A program made the translations under genes and the position numbers. Positions 1 to 10,428 of a DNA stretch of 64,000 nt are shown here, piece after piece. The number at the start of each line of letters is the position of its first letter. Within the stretch, counting starts at the first letter, position 1. Source of the DNA: Microthyrium microscopicum (lineage: Eukaryota); contig MU004237.1 in the NCBI GenBank assembly GCA_010405405.1, positions 1,065,345 through 1,129,344 of the forward strand, written 5' to 3'. The notes beneath the pieces were generated by a model. The model was given only the letters and a program-made list of their open reading frames with translations, did no database searches and was not told the origin of the DNA.

Positions 1-1
1 C

Positions 2-3000
2 TACCAAGAACAATTACGCGATTTATTAGTCGACGAATCAATTCCATACAACGAAAGACCACAGGTTTCTATACGAGAAGACTCGAAAGGAAGGATACTT
101 CTTACCGGATTGAAACAAGTAACCATAAATTCCATCGACGATCTGCTCAGCGCTCTCAACTTTGGATCATCCATTCGACAAACAGATGCAACTGCTGTAA
201 ACGCTCGGTCTTCCCGTTCACATGCCGTTTTCAGTTTGAATCTTGTTCAGAAAAAAGGACAAGTGACAACGACTCCCAAGGATAAACGTAGATCGGTCCC
301 ATTGGAAGTTATGTCTGGATCGGAAAACTGGATTACTGTTGACAGCAAGCTACATTTCGTCGATTTGGCGGGAAGTGAACGTTTGAAAAATACTCAAGCT
401 CATGGGGAGCGCGCAAAGGAAGGAATATCCATAAACGCAGGTCTCGCTAGTCTCGGAAAGGTCATCTCCCAGCTTTCATCTCGTTCAGTTGGAACACACA
501 TATCGTATCGGGACTCCCGCCTGACACGATTATTACAAGACTCTCTTGGTGGAAAAGCCATTACCTACATGGTGGCATGTGTAAACCCAGCGGAATTCCA
601 TCTCAGTGAAACCCTCAACACAGTTCAATATGCTCAGCGCGCCCGAGCCATTCAACTCAAACCCCAGATTCAACAAGTCCATGATGATAGCGACAAACAG
701 GCTACGATTGAGCGGCTACGAGCTGAAGTACAATTCTTGCGTGATCAAATCAGACTTTCCGAGAGATCTGGACGACGAACTGATGCTCCTCAAGAACGGT
801 TAGAGCGTGTCAATGAGCGAGAAATTGAACTTCAAAATCAGCTCTTGGACGTTCAAGAGAACTATACTGCTTTGAGTCAACGTCACGCCAAGGTAATATC
901 TGAGATCGCCAAAGCAAGGGATTCTCCTTCCAGAAGTGATGGCTCCGCAATATCAGACGCAACCGGAAACTCGGCTATGGATCGCCTCAAAAAGTCTAGC
1001 GATTTTGCTGAAGCTGTGGAACAGGTGGTCCTTGAGTACGAAAAGACCATCCAATCCTTGGAGGCAAGCTTGTCCAACACGCGATCTTCCTTGTCCAACT
1101 CTGAAAGCACGCTTTTGGAAAAAGAGACCAAAATTGCATACATGGAAACCGTTAGCCAACAACTCCAATCCCGGTTGCAAAAAGCCATGGATCGCGAACA
1201 AAATGACGACAATTACCTTCACGAACTCGAATCGCGCGTGGCTGGCGCAAACACTGATGAGGAGAAGAGCATGGCCCTTGTCACTAGCTTGAAGAAAGAA
1301 CTATCAAGAGTACGAGAGAGCGAGGCGGGTGCTGAAGATTACATCTCCACGCTTGAAGAGCGACTGGCCGAAGCTGAGCAACAGCATGACATCATGTCTC
1401 GCGAAATTGACCGACTTGAGCATGTTGTTGAGAGACAACGTAGCATTAAGAAGTTGGATAATCTCCTGTATGAACTTGACCATATCCGCCAAAACGACGC
1501 GTCAAACGGTCTATTACCGACGTCACGCGATCCTGCACCGGCGCAACCTATCACCAATGGTCATTCTCGACATCCAGAGGACAGTTCTTTTGACACCATT
1601 GCTGAGGGTGAGTCTATAGAGCACATTGACGAGCTTGAAGGACAATCACATACAAAATCGCCAACACATTCTCGAGCAATCGATTCGCTTGGTGGCGCTG
1701 TTCAAGAACCTGTTGACGCGCAAAATGACTCTGAAGCAAGCCGAGCTCCTCTTCAAATCAACTCATCCAAAAGCATATCACATGATGCAGATGAGCAGCC
1801 CTCTAGCCCAGCTCAATCAAGATTCGTCAATGATAAGTTGGAAACCGTCACCCAAGAGTTGTTTGATTTGCGTATGGAACACGAGAATACAGTTGGTAGT
1901 TTCGATGAACTTCAACGAAAGTACCAAGTCGCTCTAACAACTATGGCTGAGCTTCAAGACGCCTTAGAGGACACTCGACATGGAAACATGTCAAGACCAA
2001 TCTCTTTCATGCAGACTGCGGACGGTCATCAAGTTCCCAAGCGCACTCTATCAGCTGAGTTGGAACAAGCGGAAGATGCTCAAAATGTAGCGGAGTCAGC
2101 TGAAAGTGCAGAAGGTGCTGAGCAATCTGAAGCCAAGGAAGCCGTTAGTGAAGACGCTTCAGAGCCTTGGGAAGTTGTCGACGAGCCAGTTGATATCACC
2201 AATCATCACGAAAAGTCGACAGAGGTCGCAGAAGTACCTTCTGTGTCACCGACTAATGTCCTTTCGCGGAGTGCTATCGTAGCTTCTAGCAGCTCAGGTT
2301 CGTCAACGGAGCTCGAGGAAGAAATGACAAAGCTTCGAAAGCTTCACGAAGAAAAAGAGTCAGTTGTTGCAGAACTCAAGGAGAGCTATAGTCAGCTCCA
2401 TGATAAGCATCAAGACACTCTTGATTACGTTGAAGCGCTCAAAGCCGAAGTACAAAAGGCCTCATCCATGACAGGACGATCCTCGCCAAATCCCAACATG
2501 CTTCGACGCAAGGCCGAACGGACGTCGGTTCTATCAGATCGCGCAAATAGGTCATTTGCTGCACTGAGAAACATGGCTCTCGACAATTTTGAGGAAGAGC
2601 CAGAAAAACTTCAAACCTTTGAAACCAACATCAGCTCAGCAATGACAGAATTTCACCTGAGAACTGAACGCGTTCAGCAATTGGAGTCCGAGCTGGGTGC
2701 GTTGCGTAAAGAGATGGAAGCAAAGACTGCTCTCATTAATGGTCTTACTCGAGAACGCTCAAGTTTGAAAGCTTCACCTATTGATATGACTGCCCTCTCA
2801 ACTCTGGAAATACAACTACGGGAAAGCGAAAGCCAGATTCGCTCTCTATCAGAGTCTCATGCTACTCGTGAGCAAGAGATGACATATCAGATTGAGCAGC
2901 TCAAACTGTCCATGGCAGCTACCACAACATCCAAGCACTCTTCCGTTCCTGGTACATACTTTGATTCGGATGATTCTACTGCGGACAATCGGGATTCTAT

Positions 3001-4735
3001 GCTCAGCGAAGATCACCATCGTCAAGTAAGTCAATTACAGAAGGAAGTTGCTGATTGGCGATCTAAGCATGACTCCGCAATGGAATCCATGAAAGCCTCT
3101 GAGAAGCAATTGCTGGCCACTATTAGCGACCTTCAAGTAAAAGCTCGAGATGCTGAAGAGGCCGCTTCTCGTTCTGTGTCTCCTCATGATACCAATGAGT
3201 TTACAGTCGAACGACAACAACTTGAAGCTAATATAGCTTCTCTACAACGAGAACTAGAGGAACACAAATCCGCAGCTGGTCTCAATGCCGAACGCCTTGC
3301 TGAATTGGAAGACTCGTACAATAAGATTCTGTCTCAAGTCGAAGACGATGCCAGATCTAAGGAACTGACAGAAAAGGAGCTCTCTACACATCGTAATCTG
3401 GTTTCGAATCTCGAAGGCCAACTTGATGCTCACAAGTCTGCTATCAGCTCTCATCAAGAAGCTCTTGAAGCTTTACGAGATACTCATTCGAAGGATCTGG
3501 ATAGTGTCAAAGCCGAGGTCATCACAGTTCAAACGGAGTCGAATGATAAGCTCACTGCTGCGATTGCGGAACATCAACAAGCTACCACCGCTTTGCAGTC
3601 TGAGTTGGAAACCACCCGCTCAACTATGGACAGCTCCAAGCAGGCTTTAGAAGCCGAGCTAAGCAGCACACAAGAGCGACTATCCAATCTGATCGCTGAC
3701 ACTGCACTGATTCTCAACAAACCTACCAACTATGACAATCTTACCGCTCATATCCAAGCTCTTGTCAATGCCCGAAAAGATATTGGTGCTCTTCATGAGA
3801 CTGCCACTACCGAGCTCAAGTCGGTTCGAGAAGAACTCGATACGCTACGGACGGCCAACAGTGAAAGCGACCGAAAATTCAATGAGCTCAAGATGATCAA
3901 CGAGGAAACTCTGAAAGAACTTCAAGCACTTGGGGAAAAGGAACAAAAATCTTCTCGTCTGGTCCAGGAACTGGAGGATCAACTCAACTCTAACTTTGAT
4001 CAGACTCAAGCCGCCAACAACCGTCTTAGTGCGATACAAGTTGAGCGACATGAAGCTCTTCAAACTGCTATCACTGCCCGTTCCGATCTTGAGCGCGAAC
4101 TAGAAGATGCAAAAGGTCGCATTGGTCAACTCGAAAGCGAACTTACTGAACAACGCCGAGCTCTCCGAGACAGTCAACACGGCCCAGATCTTCAACGCTC
4201 CAATTCAGAATCCGGGCCAGCAGGCTTGCGCAAGAGTGTTTCGCCTGTCAACCTTCCCTCACCTCCTCCAGCCATTCCACTCCCTCCTCTTCCTGGTGCA
4301 CCCAGTATGACACCGAACCTCAATAGCTCACAAACCAGCCCTCCATCCAGCCGGCATACAAGCCGGGATGTCGCTGCAGCTGCCTCTGCCCAATTGGTCG
4401 AAGATCAAGAAGCTCGCATTCGGACGATCGAGAAACATTTGTTCGCCGAAAAGCAGCTCACCGCCACCCTCGAGGAAGCGCTCACAGATCTCGAATCATC
4501 ATCAACAAAGATGAAGACTGAAATGGAATTATGGCGCCGCAAGTGTGCAACTCAAGATGAAGAGCTTAATCTCCTTCGTAAAGAGAAACAAAACACCCGC
4601 CTCTCTGTCCAACAGATGGAAATGGAAGCACAAAAGCGCATCAATGAGGAACGGCAAAAGCTCGAGGAGCGAATGGCGCAGCTGAATAACATGTCCAAGA
4701 AGCAAAAGAAAAAGAGCAGTATCAACTGTTTCTAA
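2..4735 (+). CDS. Kinesin motor protein, kinesin-4/KIF21-like, with long coiled-coil tail; 5' end lies outside the window
   Basis: Frame is open from nt 2 (YQEQLRDLL...IREDSKGRILLTGL). Motor motifs NARSSRSHAVF (switch I), LHFVDLAGSER (switch II), HISYRDSRLTRLLQDSLGG and ETLNTVQYAQRAR. Then ~1300 aa of mostly coiled coil, a polyproline patch and the basic C-terminus KKQKKKSSINCF. Confidence 0.95.
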   Translation, partial: YQEQLRDLLVDESIPYNERPQVSIREDSKGRILLTGLKQVTINSIDDLLSALNFGSSIRQTDATAVNARSSRSHAVFSLNLVQKKGQVTTTPKDKRRSVPLEVMSGSENWITVDSKLHFVDLAGSERLKNTQAHGERAKEGISINAGLASLGKVISQLSSRSVGTHISYRDSRLTRLLQDSLGGKAITYMVACVNPAEFHLSETLNTVQYAQRARAIQLKPQIQQVHDDSDKQATIERLRAEVQFLRDQIRLSERSGRRTDAPQERLERVNEREIELQNQLLDVQENYTALSQRHAKVISEIAKARDSPSRSDGSAISDATGNSAMDRLKKSSDFAEAVEQVVLEYEKTIQSLEASLSNTRSSLSNSESTLLEKETKIAYMETVSQQLQSRLQKAMDREQNDDNYLHELESRVAGANTDEEKSMALVTSLKKELSRVRESEAGAEDYISTLEERLAEAEQQHDIMSREIDRLEHVVERQRSIKKLDNLLYELDHIRQNDASNGLLPTSRDPAPAQPITNGHSRHPEDSSFDTIAEGESIEHIDELEGQSHTKSPTHSRAIDSLGGAVQEPVDAQNDSEASRAPLQINSSKSISHDADEQPSSPAQSRFVNDKLETVTQELFDLRMEHENTVGSFDELQRKYQVALTTMAELQDALEDTRHGNMSRPISFMQTADGHQVPKRTLSAELEQAEDAQNVAESAESAEGAEQSEAKEAVSEDASEPWEVVDEPVDITNHHEKSTEVAEVPSVSPTNVLSRSAIVASSSSGSSTELEEEMTKLRKLHEEKESVVAELKESYSQLHDKHQDTLDYVEALKAEVQKASSMTGRSSPNPNMLRRKAERTSVLSDRANRSFAALRNMALDNFEEEPEKLQTFETNISSAMTEFHLRTERVQQLESELGALRKEMEAKTALINGLTRERSSLKASPIDMTALSTLEIQLRESESQIRSLSESHATREQEMTYQIEQLKLSMAATTTSKHSSVPGTYFDSDDSTADNRDSMLSEDHHRQVSQLQKEVADWRSKHDSAMESMKASEKQLLATISDLQVKARDAEEAASRSVSPHDTNEFTVERQQLEANIASLQRELEEHKSAAGLNAERLAELEDSYNKILSQVEDDARSKELTEKELSTHRNLVSNLEGQLDAHKSAISSHQEALEALRDTHSKDLDSVKAEVITVQTESNDKLTAAIAEHQQATTALQSELETTRSTMDSSKQALEAELSSTQERLSNLIADTALILNKPTNYDNLTAHIQALVNARKDIGALHETATTELKSVREELDTLRTANSESDRKFNELKMINEETLKELQALGEKEQKSSRLVQELEDQLNSNFDQTQAANNRLSAIQVERHEALQTAITARSDLERELEDAKGRIGQLESELTEQRRALRDSQHGPDLQRSNSESGPAGLRKSVSPVNLPSPPPAIPLPPLPGAPSMTPNLNSSQTSPPSSRHTSRDVAAAASAQLVEDQEARIRTIEKHLFAEKQLTATLEEALTDLESSSTKMKTEMELWRRKCATQDEELNLLRKEKQNTRLSVQQMEMEAQKRINEERQKLEERMAQLNNMSKKQKKKSSINCF

Positions 4736-5567
4736 ACTTTCTTTCATTACTCTTTGGATCAAGCAACGAGATGGCTTATGCATTTACGGTTTTTTGTGTC
4801 AAGTATTGGACACAAGAACGGATTGGGAATTGATTTTCATGGAAACGGGAGTTTTCTGACGGCCCTGGTTTGGCTTCTTAAAGACTTGACGTTTCAGGGG
4901 CATACAAACTGTCCAGGTAGAGAAAGGTTTTCACAAGGCGACTGCTTCTATTTTCGAGCCTGTTCATTGTCCATTGTCCAATTGTTTCTATTTTTCTGTC
5001 TCTATTCTTTTCTGTTTAAACATTCTTTGCTTTTACATGCGACTAACAAGCTCAGGCTCACTGTTCTATAGCTTTGGTTTTTTTCACTACTCGTATACTC
5101 GAGACCTTCTACATACCCTCTGTTTCTATTGTTCTGGGCGGATATCTGATCTCTGTTGTTATCGTGGCGTTCAATGTCCGTCAACGTGTGTATCATGAAT
5201 GACGTTTTTTTATTTATATTCTCCCCTGTTTCTAAACCCTCCTGCAAAGATATTTCTTGTACCTGTGTCTAATTGCGTTCTTGTCTGTCGATTCTGTTCG
5301 GTCAGCGAATATATACAATGTGAATGTTTGGTGTTAGTTGAGAAGTGACTGGGTTATGACTTTGGCTGGGTTGTTGCTTTAGGCATTGGTTATGGGATAA
5401 AAACTTAGTGTATATGAAGATGGGATAGTGTAATTTGCCACAAGATGTGCATGTGTATGTCTGTAGATTCGGAATGAATTGGCCTGAACTGAAGTGTTTT
5501 TGAGTTATCTTTGTGATGTTTGGGAATAGTTAATGCAAAGGATATATTTTACGCCATTATGATACGA

Positions 5568-7151
5568 TTAGTATGCCACTAGAACTCCTACAATGCCCAT
5601 GACTTCATCCAGATTTCCATCCGCGTTGATCATTCTATCACATTCGTTAGCCACATTCGTTCTTCTGGTGCCAATGGAACTTACCCTTTGTGGAGGTTGA
5701 AGTCATAGTTTGCGCGGATGTGCATTGTGTCGCCCTTCTTTAGTGGTATGCCGTCTGGATAATCACATCTGTTCTGGCCAGCGATATGCTCGATATCAGT
5801 GTTCTTGTATCCGCCTGGTGCTTTCACCTGTCTCTTATTCTTGCGTCCTCCATGCGAGTGGCCACCTTTACCGCCCATGCCAGCGTCCATTCCTGGCATA
5901 CCGGCCGATGCGTCTTTGCTATATTTGGGGACCGAGTCGCAGATGACCTTGTCGTTCTGGACAATCTCAATACTAGTACCACCGTCGTGCATGTGGCCAG
6001 CAGTCTTTAAGATCCGGCCATCAATCAACGAGTTCCATACTTTCGAGTGCTCCGAGAACTTCATAGACAGTGGGAGTGCGTCGATCGTCATGTTCGTTGG
6101 ACCGAAGGGGTTCTTGGCTGTCTTGCTGCACTTTGTGACGCTGGGATTTGAGGCCTCGCCGATGGTCATATAGACGGTTTGACCGGACTTGTAGTCTGGT
6201 TGGAGACCTTCGAGATATTCGTAGGTGATGGTTTGCCAGACGTATTTTTCTGTGTCTTCCATGTTCATGAGCTCGGTTTGAAGGATGAAGGAATCTTTGG
6301 GGTTGACTTTGTAGCCGGATTTGATGTGCGAGCCTTTGAGTGCGTAGCCGCCGTCGGTTCGCTCGTTGCCTACGATCATTATGCTTTCGACGTAGGGTTC
6401 GCCGCATGTTGGCTCTTTGATGGATGGCCCGGAGTTGAGGAGGACTGTGTGGTGGAACCAAGCCTGTTACTGTTAGTGAAACCAATCTTGGAATTACATG
6501 AAATACATACTCCATTAGATGTGTTGGCGGGAGAGCCATCGGCATACTCCAAATCTGATGTTGCCTTCAATAACATGCAGTTACCCTCACAAGGTCTCTC
6601 AGCATCCCACAGCAGAGCATTTGACATTCCCTTGATTTTCCAGAACTGCGCCTCAAGGTTCTCCTCACTCTGGGGTGGCACTCTGTAAGGACCATATCGG
6701 ATTTTCACACGCTTAGCTTCCGGGAACTCTCCTTGCGCGCTGGAAAGTTTCTGTACCGCTGGAACCAAGGATTTAGGTGCGGCAGTTTTGCCTGGCGATG
6801 TGGAGCCGGATGCAATCATTCCTGGCAGGTTGGCAATCAAGTAACCATATTGCTTAATGGTTTCCGCCAGTGTTGCAGGCTTCGCTGGCTCGCCGCCATG
6901 TGGACCGTCTTGTGGTACGGACTTGTCATTTGCAAATCGGCTCTTGAAGATGGAGTATGCTAAGATACATGTATTAGCTGACTGCTGTGTCATACACAAT
7001 GACTAAACTTACATCGCGGTGGTAGGAGAAAAGGTGAGTTTATCACACTTTCAACAACTGCCTCGCGTGACACCTTTCCATTCGCCGCCACCGGTCCTCC
7101 GAGGACCTGCTCGGCCGCCAGCAAGGCCAAAATGCTGGAGTATGTCTTCAT
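5568..7151 (-). CDS. Secreted uncharacterised protein, candidate PHM/DBH-like copper monooxygenase fold (4 exons)
   Basis: ATG 7151 gives the signal peptide MKTYSSILALLAAEQVLGGPVAA. Three canonical GT..CTAAC/CTAAT..AG introns join the ORF pieces 6379-6999 and 5681-6379 and a last exon MINADGNLDEVMGIVGVLVAY* (stop 5568). The spliced protein contains KRVKIRYGPY, AWFHHTV, GHMHDGG and DEVMG. The gene is well supported; the function is inference. Confidence 0.8.
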
Positions 7152-8559
7152 GTTTGCGATGTAACGAACGTAAAGGTTGTATATCCAACGACCGAAATCA
7201 CAAAGTCGACAAACAATACGTGACGATTTCCAAAGAGTGAAATCTACCACGAAGAATACAGATCTAGTATTTATTGTGCACAGGCGGACCTGCCGAATTG
7301 TTTAATGCACAGGCTGGTGCTCATCCAGAGTCCAAGGGTTTGAGATTTATTGTCGCTTGGGATTGGCCACCCGCTCGAATGGCAGGCACTCGATTTGCTT
7401 TCATCTGGGGAGAATTAATTGAGTGAGTTAAGCAGATAGAGTATTTAGATATATGAGGGTCTTTGCATGACCCTGTCACAGACAAATCCAATGTGTGGAG
7501 TGAGACCTTTGAGATAGGGCCATCCCCATCTGCATTTGGTTCAACTATTCGCCCCCGAAAATAAAGGCTGGTCTGGATGTTATGTCCTGACGAAGATCAT
7601 GCTATTATGTGTTTTTAACGATGCTCATAATCTTGTTGATGCTTCCAATCTGTCACTCCTGAATTTTCATGGGCATTTAGAGATTCGGTCACTGCCAATT
7701 ATCCAGCTAGCTATTATGTTTTACGGCTTTGAATCTGTCGTATATCAAGGAAAGTATCTAACAGTATTTGATGATAATCCTCATTGTACTGAGAATTACA
7801 GAATGAGGGTGGAGATTTATGGTGAGCTGATTCAATTTTCAACATTGTCTGGGTTAGGCGCTTTGGGGCAGATTTGGTCCGATCATTTAACTTTGCAATC
7901 TGATGGGAAGATTAATTGCTCTTTTTCTAGGGTTCATGTACCATGTGGCGTGTGTAGTTCGCCCAAAAACGCATACTCCTTGTCATGTAGGGTACATTTC
8001 CTGTTTGCCTGATTCACAGAAAGGACTTTCATCTGTCAGCACGATAGTCTAGCTCCTGTTTAACTAGTATGTTAAGGTAGGCACTCGAATCCAAGTCTCG
8101 TTGTGAATATCGATAAACAGTTTTATGGGATTGAAAATGACAGTAATGGTTACCAACACGAGATTGAAAGACCAATTCTCAGTCCCGACTTCAAGCACAT
8201 TCAAGTTCAATTTATGATTCCAGTCCTTTCCAGTAAACACCATGCCTCAAGCACTGATACCTTGCATAGAGGTTACCGGTTCACGGGGAAGGACGAGCCT
8301 TTTTTGAGAAATAACGAGTTCGATGGCCTCGATCAATTGTCTCAATAGCATTTTCTCCCGCTCTCTTATCCTTCTTAGCATATCTAGGAGTCCTACATAT
8401 CAACGGGCATCAGTCATCGCTTCATCACAATTCGTAAGCGGAAAGACTTACCACATCCAATACCACTCCTCTCCCGAGCTCCACGTGCCTGATCCCCAGG
8501 CATTCTCAATACACCGATCGCGTAGCTGGCCCATTGCTTCGTAGCAATTGTTCAGAACA

Positions 8560-10000
8560 AGCACCATTCGACATCACAGCTTGTCCCTGAGCGACTGATA
8601 GCGCGTCAAGTGTTTATAAGTATTAGCGGCACATACCGAGGTTTCGCAAATGTCCCAGAGAATGTCGTCTATTTCCCCATCTATTTCAAAGACATAAGTA
8701 TAACCCACCCAATCCGAGGAGCAATCCGCAGCAAGAGAAGTCGCTAAAAGAACTAGCCACGGAGATGACTGTAGAAACTTTTGAGTAGCTGTTTAGCATA
8801 TCTGCTATGAAAGAGTGCTGCGGGACGAACAAAAACGTACACTTCATGTTTTGCTGATTGAAAGAATATCTTACAAGTCTGTACCTAGACGATTTCTGAT
8901 ATCGCTTGGTGAGTTGATGGTTTATATCGACAAGATGAAGAGACCTTGCAACGTTATTCATTACCCAAAAATATCTGGAAATTCCGCAAAACTCGCCTAT
9001 GCGATCCTTCCATGCTGTCCTTCACGCTGTTGTTCGCCCTCCTCTCTTGGAAGGCGAGTTTTCTTTCACTCAGTTCATACTGCTTCTGCGACCCGCGCAT
9101 GTAATTCTTAGTCTTGATGGGAGGGTAGGTAGGATAGGTTCAAAAGAACCTACATCTCGTATAAAGTTCAATCTCTTTGTTCTTCAGCTCACAACTCTTG
9201 GTTCCCAGCCTGATGTGTAATAATGCGCTGCCAAGCAATCATGTCCCTCGTACTCTAGAGTAATCCACGATCGTTTCGCTACTACAAACCGTGACTCTTC
9301 ATCTAGTCTGCATTCTTCTGACACTTTGCATCTGCAAACTCGTCTAACGATATAGCTGAGTGGTTGAGAAGCTCTGCAGGGCGATACACTGATGGAAAAC
9401 CGTGCTTGATATGAAGTTAGTAATGCCTGATAGAGATAGAGGTCCTTCTCCATTGAGCGCAATTATGATTTGCTCAGCTAGGTATTGAGACTACTTTGAG
9501 TCGAGAAGATTCATGAGGTAGTTACATCCTAGAAATGTCAAGCATTTTGGAAGCCATGGAGATACACTATTGGCGAGAATCATGGTATGGATTATGGATT
9601 CCCGCATTTGATATTGCTCTCGGTCTGTAAGTCTATTGGGCGTCTTCGGATCAAATATCGTACGATAGTAGCAGATAGATCTTCGCCTCGTTCTACAAGA
9701 GGCAAAGAAAAGCTCCAAATCAACGGCAAACATTTGTCATATCTCGTTTGCATCAGGAGTGATAGTTTGCCAATATCCACCCCAAAGCTAGAAAGTCATC
9801 AGCAGAAGTCAGGCTAGGTCATAAACGTCTAGGAGTCAATTTCCATTTCTGTTCCGCCCGGGCATTATCAACAAGGTATGAGGAACGGATTGACTGACAG
9901 ACCAGAGGACCTGTAAGCCGCGTCTAATATCAAACCTACACCCGAAGCATACGCTTGCAGGTTCTTCGAGGTGGAGCTGGACCCGGATAAACACACTGAA
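8560..10000 (+). pseudogene. Possible decayed coding sequence of unknown family
   Basis: Protein-like stretches (e.g. SYILEMSSILEAMEIHYWRESWYGLWIPAFDIALGL, YWASSDQISYDSSR*IFASFYKRQRK) are interrupted by many in-frame TAG/TGA codons. No recognisable domain; boundaries approximate. Confidence 0.25.
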
Positions 10001-10428
10001 GTGGAACGGCTTTCATTTGAAGAACAAGTTATCGAGACACGCACGACCACTAACAAATCCAACAGATTGTACGACACATGAAGTACAACAAGCCATTGAA
10101 TAGCTGATACTGGAATCACGAACATCGTTGTCGTGCCATGACAAGCAAGAAGCTAGATATCAAGTGCCAATTACATTTTCCTATCAGTGATCTATATAAA
10201 GTAGCAGAAGACATAATTCGCAGACCTAGAAACACGCACCCTTCATGTTTTTTGCACACTAGACACAGCAAGAGAACCGATGTCATGAATGCAAAACGTC
10301 AAGTCATCCCTTCCCATGCATGCATGCTCCCATCAACAAATAAAGCCACAGTACAGGTTCTTGAAATTAACTCTATGTAACACACGCTGCTTCCAACGTC
10401 TAGCTAGCAACAATTTACGGCGGTGTAT

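Noticed and set aside
606..4783. Many short ORFs overlapping the kinesin (and similar ones over the other long genes)
   Set aside because: Antisense or alternate-frame shadows of real CDSs, with no motifs.
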